Counted from the stretch's first letter, positions 15,672 to 22,662 are shown. The stretch: DNA of 32,000 nucleotides from Patescibacteria group bacterium (GCA_041649575.1 JBAZMW010000005.1:60001-92000); one strand, 5' to 3'. The notes: generated by a model from the letters alone, not told the origin. Numbers and translations: made by a program.

Positions 15672-16208
15672 TATCACGGACTGGCTCGCCATGGCTGCGC
15701 CTTGCTTGCCACTGCCTGCCGTCGTCCGCCAAGGGGCGGAGATCTGGTCCATCCGGGTCTCCGCCACATTCTTTGTTTTCAAACGTCGCTCGGCAACGTT
15801 GGGTCTTCAATGGCTTACCGCTGTTGCGCGTCGCAAGGGGCGAGGATGGTCTTTGACTAATTCTCGCCATTCTACACTTGTCAAAGAGATTCTTTGGCAG
15901 ATGTGGTCTTTATGAGGTAGCGTATTCTTCAGTTGAGCTCAGTCTAGCTCGGTACAGCTGAGCGCCGCAGCCATTTCCAAGGGGCGGGGGTTGGGCTTGC
16001 CCAAATCTCCGCCAACGCTTATCTTCTCGGCAATGCTTGGCACAGTATCCCAGTGTTGTGCGTCGCTGAGTTAGCCAAGGGATGGGACTGGTCAAACGGT
16101 CTCATCAAGATTATTTTTCTGGGCACGTCTCAGTATTCAATGGCCCGCTGCTGTTGAGTAGTGCAGAGCCCCCAGTCCAAGGGGCGGGAATCCATCGTGG
16201 TTCCCGTC
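15672..16208 (+). repeat. array block B: 5 further hairpin-terminated units downstream of the helicase
   Basis: H17 15733-15765, H18 15837-15868, H19 15981-16013, H20 16079-16106, H21 16181-16208. All are preceded by CAA|GGG. Confidence 0.75.
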
Positions 16209-16230
16209 GATTTTTTTTATTTAAAATTAA

Positions 16231-16259
16231 TTGCTAAATTCTAGGTTTTAAGCTAAAAT
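16231..16259 (+). promoter_or_regulatory. candidate argS promoter
   Basis: TTGCTA (16231-16236), 17-nt spacer, TAAAAT (16254-16259). Confidence 0.4.
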
Positions 16260-16273
16260 ATTCGTAAATCCCC

Positions 16274-17980
16274 ATGTCTTACACCATAGAAAAAATCAAA
16301 AAGCAAATTATCGAACAGGTCTCTGGCGCCGTAGGCCAGAAAATCGATAAAAGCCAGCTGGAAGTGACGGTGCCGCCGGACGCCTCTTTAGGCGATTTGG
16401 CCGTGCCCTGTTTTTATCTGACCAAACTGCTGCGGCGTTCGCCCAACCAGATTGCCGACGAGCTGCAGGCCAGAATCCGTCCGACAGGACTGATCAAGTC
16501 GGTGCAAAATGTCGGGCCTTATTTGAATTTTTTTGTCAGTAGCGGAGTTTTTGGCAAGGAGGTTTTAAAAGAAATAGCCAGATTAAAAGATAAATACGGC
16601 CGCGGCAAATTAGGCGAAGAAAAAGTAATGATTGAGTTTTCCCAGCCCAATACCCACAAAGAATTTCATATCGGCCACGTGCGTAATGCGGTTTTGGGTG
16701 ATAGTTTGGTGAAGCTTAATAAGTTCGCCGGACGCAAAGTGGTGGCGGTCAATTATATTGGCGATATCGGCGCTCATGTGGCCAAGTGTTTGTGGGCGCT
16801 TAAAAAATTTCACCAGCAGGAAGAACCGCCAAAGAATAAAGGCAAATTTTTAGGTCAGATTTATACCGAAGCGGTGAGAAAAATAGAAAGCAATCCCCAG
16901 TTCAAGCGAGAGGCCGATGAGGTTTTGCAAAAATTGGAGCGAGGCGACAAAAAGATGCTGGCTTTGTGGCAGAAAACCAGGAAGTGGAGTTTGGTGGAGT
17001 TTGAGGCGATTTACAAAACGCTGGGCATCAAGTTTGATCAAATTTTTTATGAGAGCGAGGTGGAGCAGCCGGGCAAAAAGATCGTTGAGAAGCTGCTAAA
17101 AGACGGCTTGGCCGAAAAATCGGAAGGTGCCGTAATTATCAATTTGGAAAAATACAATTTAAAAAATTTTTTACTGCTCAAATCCGACGGCTCATCGCTT
17201 TATTCCACCAAAGACCTGGCCTTGGCCGAGCTCAAATTCAAAAAATTCAAAATTGACAAAAGCGTGGTGGTAGTCGACAGCCGACAAACTTTTTATTTGC
17301 AGCAACTATTCAAAACCCTGGAAGTCATCGGCTTCAAAAAAAAGATGGAACATATCGCTTACGAGTTCGTCACCTTAAAGGATGGCGCCATGTCTTCGAG
17401 AGCGGGCAACGTGGTGTTGTTTGAAGATTTTTTTGAAGAAATGAAAGCTCTGGCCAAAAACGAAACCAAGAAAAGGCACGAGAATTGGCCGGCCAAAAAA
17501 ATCAGCCAAGTGGCCCGACAGCTGACTTTATCGGCTGTTAAATTCAATATGCTGAAAATCAGCAACAGCAGCATCATTGTTTTTGACAAAAATGAAGCTT
17601 TGAGTTTTGAGGGCTTTACCGGCCCTTACCTGCAATACACTTTAAGCCGCATTGCCAGTTTGCTAAAAAAGAGCCAGACCGTTGTCGCCGCCAACATTGA
17701 TTACAGTAAATTAAACAGTGACTTGGAAAAAGAAATTATTTTGAAGCTGGCGGAGCTGCCGGAGGTTATTAAGCGGGCGACAGCAACCAGCGAACCCAGC
17801 GAACTGGCCAAGTATTTATTTGATTTGTCCAGGCTGTTTTCTAATTTTTATCAGAGTTTGTCGATTTTGACCGCCGAAGAAAAAACCAAAAAAGCGCGAT
17901 TGACGCTAGTGGTGGCGGTCAGGCAGGTTTTGGTTAACGGTTTGAATCTGTTGGGCCTGGAAGCACTGGAGCAAATGTAG
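16274..17980 (+). CDS. argS: arginine--tRNA ligase
   Basis: 568 aa. HIGH-type motif NTHKEFHIGHVRN, MSSR (KMSKS-equivalent) GAMSSRAGN, and a C-terminal DALR-type anticodon-binding region ending ...EQM. Confidence 0.9.
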   Translation: MSYTIEKIKKQIIEQVSGAVGQKIDKSQLEVTVPPDASLGDLAVPCFYLTKLLRRSPNQIADELQARIRPTGLIKSVQNVGPYLNFFVSSGVFGKEVLKEIARLKDKYGRGKLGEEKVMIEFSQPNTHKEFHIGHVRNAVLGDSLVKLNKFAGRKVVAVNYIGDIGAHVAKCLWALKKFHQQEEPPKNKGKFLGQIYTEAVRKIESNPQFKREADEVLQKLERGDKKMLALWQKTRKWSLVEFEAIYKTLGIKFDQIFYESEVEQPGKKIVEKLLKDGLAEKSEGAVIINLEKYNLKNFLLLKSDGSSLYSTKDLALAELKFKKFKIDKSVVVVDSRQTFYLQQLFKTLEVIGFKKKMEHIAYEFVTLKDGAMSSRAGNVVLFEDFFEEMKALAKNETKKRHENWPAKKISQVARQLTLSAVKFNMLKISNSSIIVFDKNEALSFEGFTGPYLQYTLSRIASLLKKSQTVVAANIDYSKLNSDLEKEIILKLAELPEVIKRATATSEPSELAKYLFDLSRLFSNFYQSLSILTAEEKTKKARLTLVVAVRQVLVNGLNLLGLEALEQM

Positions 17981-18058
17981 GAAAAATTTAAAACTAAAAG
18001 TTTAAAGCTCAAAAGGTAAAGTAGGTTAGAGGGAATGTTTTAAGTTTTTAGTTGTTTG

Positions 18059-18067
18059 TGCTATAAT
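18059..18067 (+). promoter_or_regulatory. extended -10 promoter (TGcTATAAT) giving a near-leaderless receiver-domain mRNA
   Basis: TG at 18059-18060, TATAAT at 18062-18067, ATG at 18079. No SD sequence lies between them. Confidence 0.4.
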
Positions 18068-18078
18068 ATAACTGCAAT

Positions 18079-18462
18079 ATGAATAGTAGCGACTATAAAA
18101 TCTTATTAGTCGAAGACGAGCCGGAACTGGTCCAGTTGTTCAGTAACGCTCTGAAAAACGAGGGTTTTAAGATGGAGTTGGCCACTGACGGCCATATTGC
18201 TTTGAAAAAAATCGCCGAATTCAAGCCAGATTTAATGCTTTTGGATTTGGTAATTCCCCAGCTGGATGGTTTTCAGGTTTTGGAAAAAATTAAAAAAGAA
18301 AAACAGGACAAGAAGATGCTGGTCTATGTTTGGAGCAATCTGACCCAGGAGAGCGAAATCGGCCGTGCCAAGAAATTAGGCGCTAGCGGCTATCTAATCA
18401 AGTCGGATTATACGCCCACCAAACTAGTTGCCAAAATAAAAGAAATTTTACGGATTCAATAA
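18079..18462 (+). CDS. stand-alone response regulator receiver (CheY-like) domain
   Basis: 127 aa. ILLVEDEP acidic pocket, phospho-acceptor LMLLDLVIP, conserved S/T in VWSNL, and K in GYLIKS. Confidence 0.85.
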   Translation: MNSSDYKILLVEDEPELVQLFSNALKNEGFKMELATDGHIALKKIAEFKPDLMLLDLVIPQLDGFQVLEKIKKEKQDKKMLVYVWSNLTQESEIGRAKKLGASGYLIKSDYTPTKLVAKIKEILRIQ

Positions 18463-18502
18463 AATATTAAATTGAAAATAGATAATTAATAAAGAAATTG
18501 TT

Positions 18503-18697
18503 ATGAAACCAGCAGTTAACGACAGTTGCATCGGTTGCGGCACTTGCGAAAGTATTTGCCCGGCAGTCTTTAAGGTGACCGAAAAGGATGGCCGAATGGT
18601 CGCCATAGTTTTGGAAGCCGACTTGGCGGCGGAAAAAGCCAAGATCGAGGAATCTATCAGTTCTTGTCCGGTGCAAGCCATTACTTTGGGAGAGTAA
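18503..18697 (+). CDS. small 4Fe-4S ferredoxin
   Basis: 64 aa. CIGCGTCESICP plus a distal SCPVQAI cysteine. Confidence 0.75.
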   Translation: MKPAVNDSCIGCGTCESICPAVFKVTEKDGRMVAIVLEADLAAEKAKIEESISSCPVQAITLGE

Positions 18698-18752
18698 GGG
18701 AATTGTAAAAAAGGTGTCCGCGAGTCGGGCGTCTTTTTTGTTTAATTAAAAA

Positions 18753-18781
18753 TTGACTAAAACAGCAGAAATTGTTAAGAT
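18753..18781 (+). promoter_or_regulatory. candidate ileS promoter
   Basis: TTGACT (18753-18758), 17-nt spacer, TAAGAT (18776-18781). This is why the TTG start at 18753 in the track is unlikely to be the real start. Confidence 0.45.
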
Positions 18782-18806
18782 AAGAGCAATTTTTAAATTA
18801 AAAATT

Positions 18807-21800
18807 ATGAACAATATAATTGCTGACAAAGAAAAAGAAATTCAAAAATTTTGGCAAGATAATCAAATTTTTGAAAAGTCATTGGCGCAAACCAAAAACG
18901 GCCAGCGTTACAGTTTTTATGATGGCCCGCCGTTTGCCACCGGCACCCCGCATTACGGGCACCTAGTGGCCAGTCTTATGAAAGACGTGGTGCCGCGGTT
19001 TTGGACGATGCGCGGGCATTATGTGGAGCGGCGTTGGGGCTGGGATTGCCACGGACTGCCGATAGAAAACATGGTGGAGAAAGAGCTGGGTTTTAAGAAT
19101 AAAAAAGACATTGTCGAATATGGCATTGCCAACTTCAACGAGTACTGCCGCAGCAAAGTTTTGACGTATGTGGCGGAATGGAAAAAAACCATCAAACGAT
19201 TCGGCCGCTGGGCAGACATGGAAAACCCCTACAAGACCATGGACGTGGATTATATGGAAAGTATTTGGTGGGTTTTCAGACAGTTGTGGGACAAAGGCTT
19301 AATTTATGAGGGCTACCGCTCAATGCATATTTGTCCCAGGTGCGAAACGACTCTAAGTCAGTCGGAAGTGAGTGAGGGCTATCGCGACGTTGAAGATCTT
19401 TCCGTCACTTGGAAATTCAAAGTGCTCCCACCCCCCCATTCCCCCCCTCGGGCAGAGGGGGAAGATATTCCCACCTATTTATTGGCCTGGACAACAGTGC
19501 CTTGGAGCACCCTGAGCACCATGGGCCTGGCCATTGGCGCTGATTTTGATTATGTCAAAGCTAAAGTAAAAAACGAACACCTTATTTTTATCAAAGATAA
19601 ACTGGAAGAAGTAATGGCCGGTGTTAGCAATTATGAAATTATTGAAGAGTTTAAGGGCAGCAAGATGATTGGCTGGGAATATGAGCCGGTCAGCGATATT
19701 TTCAAAAATTTGCCGGAAGTGAAAAATAAAAAAAATGCCTATCATGTTTTTGCCGCCGATTATGTGGAAGCGACCGAGGGCACGGGCATCGTGACGATTA
19801 ACGGCTCATATGGCGAGGTGGATTTGCTCTCCGCCCAGCAAAATGATTTGCCGGTACTGATGGATGTGAAGCTGGATGGCAGGTTTGCCGATTTTGCCGG
19901 TGCTTATGCCGGCCTGGATGTCAAAGACGCCCAGGTCAAGTTTGTGGCTGATATGGAAAAGAAGGGTTTGGTTTGGAGCAGTGAGAAATACACCCATTCC
20001 TATCCCCATTGCTGGCGCTGTGATACCCCGCTTTTAAATTATTCGACTTCCTCCTGGTTTGTCAAAGTGACAAAAATCAAAAACCAGGCGCTGGCTTTGG
20101 CCAAACAGATCAATTGGTCGCCAGCGCATATCAAGGAAGGCCGTTTTGGCAAGTGGCTCGAAGGCGCACGCGACTGGTCGATTAGTCGTCAGCGGTTTTG
20201 GGCGAGCGTGATTCCGATTTGGAAATGCGTTTGTGGCGAGATGAAGGTCTTGGGTTCGGTCGACGAGTTATATAAAAGCTCTAGCGATAACCCCCCGCAG
20301 ATTACTAAGGTTATTTTTGTCAGGCACGGTGAAGCCGAAAACAATATTAGCCATATTAATTCCAACTCCTTGGATAAATATCCATTAACCAAAAAGGGCG
20401 CTGGACAAGTAAGTGAATCGGCGGCAAAAATAAAAGAAATTTTGGCAGAATCTTCGACAAAAGCCGTAATTTTCAGTTCTCCTGTCTTAAGAACTAAAGA
20501 AAGCGCGGAAATAATTTCTCATTATTTGGGATTGAAATATGAATTATCCGACGAAATTAAAGAGGTTGATTTTGGTATCGTGGAAGGAAAACAACTGGAT
20601 GAATTAATGGATGAATATAATCCTTTGCCGGCGGATAAAAAGTGGAATTTTAAAAATGGTCAAACCGGAGAATCTCAAAAAGATATACAAGAACGGATGT
20701 ATAAATGGTTCAAAAAAGTTTTAGAGGAAAATAAAAACAAAATAATAATCATAATTTCTCATGGCGACCCCCTTATGGCGTTGATAAATAAGATTAAAGG
20801 CAAGACAATAGAGGAACATGTTTTATCTTTAGAGAGCGATTCATATATTCAAAAAGGAGAAGTCAGAGTTGCTTATGTTATGAATGAAACTAAATTGGAA
20901 ATAGATTTACATAAGCACAGCATCGATAGGGTGGTTTTAAAATGCGAGAAGTGCGGAAACGAGATGAGTCGTATTCCCGATGTTTTGGACACCTGGTTTG
21001 ATAGCGGCTCTATGCCTTATGCGCAGCAGCACTATCCGTTTGCCAATAAGGAAAAATTTGAAGCCGGCTTTCCGGCGCAGTTCATTGCCGAAGGCGTGGA
21101 TCAGTGTCGCGCTTGGTTTTACTATCTGCACGTCAACGCCGCCGCCATTACAAACAAAATCGCCTACGAAAACGTCATTGCCAACGGTATTGTACTCGCC
21201 CAGGACGGTCGCAAAATGAGTAAAAAATTACAAAACTATCCGGAGCCAGAAGCGTTGATGGAAAAGTATGGCGCCGATGCCCTGCGTTTTTATTTATTAT
21301 CCGCGCCGGTGATGGCGGCCGAGAATTTGAATTTCTCCGAAGCCGGAGTAAAAGAAGCGATGCAGAAAGTGGTGATGCTTTTAAATAACATTTTGAATTT
21401 TTATAAGTTGTATGCTGATGTCATCCCGACTGAAGCTGTGGGTCGAGTGGAAGGATCCCTTAGAAAAGAAAGGGATTCCTCCGTTACTTCGCCAGCTGGC
21501 GACTCCGGTCGGAATGACAATGTGCTGGATCAGTGGCTCTTGGCCAAATTAAATTTATTAATTAAAGAGGTGGCTGGAGCGATGGAGGCGTATGACCTGC
21601 CGCGGGCGGTGCGTCCGATCGCCGGATTTATAGATGAATTTTCCACTTGGTGGCTAAGGCGTTCGCGTGACAGATTTAAGGGGGCAGACGAAAAAGATAA
21701 ACAGCAAGCCCTGGCTGTTTTTGGGCATACGCTTTTAGAATTATCAAAAGTGATGGCGCCGTTTACTCCGTTTATCGCCGAGCAGGTTTATAAGGAAGTG

Positions 21801-22403
21801 GGCCCGTCCAGCCAGGGTGGCCGGGCAAGCGGTGAGCAGGAATCAGTGCATTTAGAAAAATGGCCTGAAGAATCAGAAATATTAATTAAGGAAGAGGTTA
21901 TTAAACAAATGGAACAGGTGAGAAAAATCGTAGAATTAGGCTTGGCCAAACGGGCCGAAGCGGGAATTAAGATTCGGCAGCCGCTCGGAAACTTTCAATT
22001 TTCAATTTTCAATTTTCAAAATAACGCCGACCAGTATTTAAAAATTATCGCCGACGAACTTAATGTAAAAAAAGTTGTTTATAACAAAAATCTCGGCCAA
22101 GAAATAGAGTTAGACACGGAGATTACCAAGGAGCTGAAGCTGGAGGGCGTGGCGCGAGAATTGGTTCGCACTATTAATAATTTGCGCAGAGAGGCCGGGC
22201 TGACAATTCAAGATCAGATTAAAATTGACTGGCAATCGGAGGGCGAAACAATCAGGCAGGTTTTTGCGGTTGAAAGTTTAGTCGAGGAGTTGAAAAGGGC
22301 AACGATTACCAAGGAATTTTTAGACAAGGACAACCAGGGCCAAGTGGCGGAAATCAATGGTGAAAAAATTAAGCTGGAAATAAACAGGACCATACCTTCT
22401 TAA
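18807..22403 (+). CDS. ileS: isoleucine--tRNA ligase carrying an internal histidine-phosphatase domain and short GC-rich in-frame inserts
   Basis: ATG at 18807 (MNNIIADKEKEIQKFW). HIGH motif PHYGH, WTTVPW editing domain, KMSKK. Cys motifs: C-P-R-C (ICPRCE), C-W-R-C (PHCWRCD), WKCVCG and LKCEKCG. Confidence 0.9.
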   Translation: MNNIIADKEKEIQKFWQDNQIFEKSLAQTKNGQRYSFYDGPPFATGTPHYGHLVASLMKDVVPRFWTMRGHYVERRWGWDCHGLPIENMVEKELGFKNKKDIVEYGIANFNEYCRSKVLTYVAEWKKTIKRFGRWADMENPYKTMDVDYMESIWWVFRQLWDKGLIYEGYRSMHICPRCETTLSQSEVSEGYRDVEDLSVTWKFKVLPPPHSPPRAEGEDIPTYLLAWTTVPWSTLSTMGLAIGADFDYVKAKVKNEHLIFIKDKLEEVMAGVSNYEIIEEFKGSKMIGWEYEPVSDIFKNLPEVKNKKNAYHVFAADYVEATEGTGIVTINGSYGEVDLLSAQQNDLPVLMDVKLDGRFADFAGAYAGLDVKDAQVKFVADMEKKGLVWSSEKYTHSYPHCWRCDTPLLNYSTSSWFVKVTKIKNQALALAKQINWSPAHIKEGRFGKWLEGARDWSISRQRFWASVIPIWKCVCGEMKVLGSVDELYKSSSDNPPQITKVIFVRHGEAENNISHINSNSLDKYPLTKKGAGQVSESAAKIKEILAESSTKAVIFSSPVLRTKESAEIISHYLGLKYELSDEIKEVDFGIVEGKQLDELMDEYNPLPADKKWNFKNGQTGESQKDIQERMYKWFKKVLEENKNKIIIIISHGDPLMALINKIKGKTIEEHVLSLESDSYIQKGEVRVAYVMNETKLEIDLHKHSIDRVVLKCEKCGNEMSRIPDVLDTWFDSGSMPYAQQHYPFANKEKFEAGFPAQFIAEGVDQCRAWFYYLHVNAAAITNKIAYENVIANGIVLAQDGRKMSKKLQNYPEPEALMEKYGADALRFYLLSAPVMAAENLNFSEAGVKEAMQKVVMLLNNILNFYKLYADVIPTEAVGRVEGSLRKERDSSVTSPAGDSGRNDNVLDQWLLAKLNLLIKEVAGAMEAYDLPRAVRPIAGFIDEFSTWWLRRSRDRFKGADEKDKQQALAVFGHTLLELSKVMAPFTPFIAEQVYKEVGPSSQGGRASGEQESVHLEKWPEESEILIKEEVIKQMEQVRKIVELGLAKRAEAGIKIRQPLGNFQFSIFNFQNNADQYLKIIADELNVKKVVYNKNLGQEIELDTEITKELKLEGVARELVRTINNLRREAGLTIQDQIKIDWQSEGETIRQVFAVESLVEELKRATITKEFLDKDNQGQVAEINGEKIKLEINRTIPS
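20284..20900 (+). other. histidine phosphatase (PGAM-like) domain inserted in-frame within IleRS
   Basis: VIFVRHGEAENN (RHG catalytic motif), VDFGIVEGK and IIIISHGDPLMAL (second His). The domain is flanked by the IleRS segments IPIWKCVCGEMKVLGSVDELY and DLHKHSIDRVVLKCEKCGNEMSRIPDVLDTWFDSGSMPYAQ, which are normally ~20-30 aa apart. Confidence 0.75.
21420..21518. repeat. 99-nt imperfect palindromic element inserted in-frame in ileS (MITE/RPE-like)
   Basis: Terminal arms GTCATCCCGACTGAAG / CTCCGGTCGGAATGAC and a central stem ATCCCTT-AGAAAAGA-AAGGGAT. 99 nt equals 33 codons (VIPTEAVGRVEGSLRKERDSSVTSPAGDSGRND). It is GC-richer than the flanks. Confidence 0.55.
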
Positions 22404-22408
22404 GCTTA

Positions 22409-22446
22409 AATAAAAAAGACGAGCCCGATCCTTGCGTCTCGGGCTC
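22409..22446 (-). terminator. intrinsic terminator of the 42-aa sORF (hairpin may also stop ileS)
   Basis: GAGCCCGA (22421-22428) / TCGGGCTC (22439-22446). On the minus strand it is followed by GTCTTTTTTATTT. Confidence 0.7.
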
Positions 22447-22467
22447 TAACCTGCCGGTAGCAGTCCC

Positions 22468-22596
22468 TTATTCTTCGGGGCTGCTCCCATCGTCTTCTTC
22501 ATCGCCAGTCCGCTCGCCTCTGGCGCCCACTAGATGGGCTACCATTGGTGCTTGCAGGACTGCCTGAAGGTGTTCTGGCAGAATTTCTGTCGGCAT
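22468..22596 (-). CDS. candidate 42-aa GC-rich small protein with acidic C-terminus
   Basis: Product: MPTEILPEHLQAVLQAPMVAHLVGARGERTGDEEDDGSSPEE*. AAGGAG lies 6 nt upstream of the ATG. It has its own consensus promoter and terminator. It falls below the ORF-track length cutoff. Confidence 0.5.
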   Translation of the reverse strand: MPTEILPEHLQAVLQAPMVAHLVGARGERTGDEEDDGSSPEE

Positions 22597-22633
22597 GCTT
22601 TTCTCCTTGTATCAGCCAATGTGCGTAGGGTTT

Positions 22634-22662
22634 ATTATATGTTATAAAGCTTCTTTCGTCAA
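22634..22662 (-). promoter_or_regulatory. near-consensus sigma70 promoter for the 42-aa sORF
   Basis: On the minus strand, TTGACG (22662-22657), 17-nt spacer, TATAAT (22639-22634). Confidence 0.6.

Noticed and set aside
10622-16210. Chimeric assembly as the explanation for the GC-rich island and the other GC-rich blocks
   Set aside because: This cannot be excluded without reads, but it is unlikely. The GC-rich gene bodies are joined seamlessly to AT-rich promoters and terminators of the same style as backbone genes. AT-rich modules are interspersed within the island. Backbone genes on both sides are intact. It is kept as a caveat in the findings.
21992-22019. Heptamer tandem repeat TTTCAAT x ~4 inside ileS (encodes FQFSIFNFQ), a possible slippage or phase-variation site
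   Set aside because: The tract is short and lies in an essential gene where frameshifting would be lethal. It is most likely a fortuitous low-complexity tract in the variable C-terminal region.
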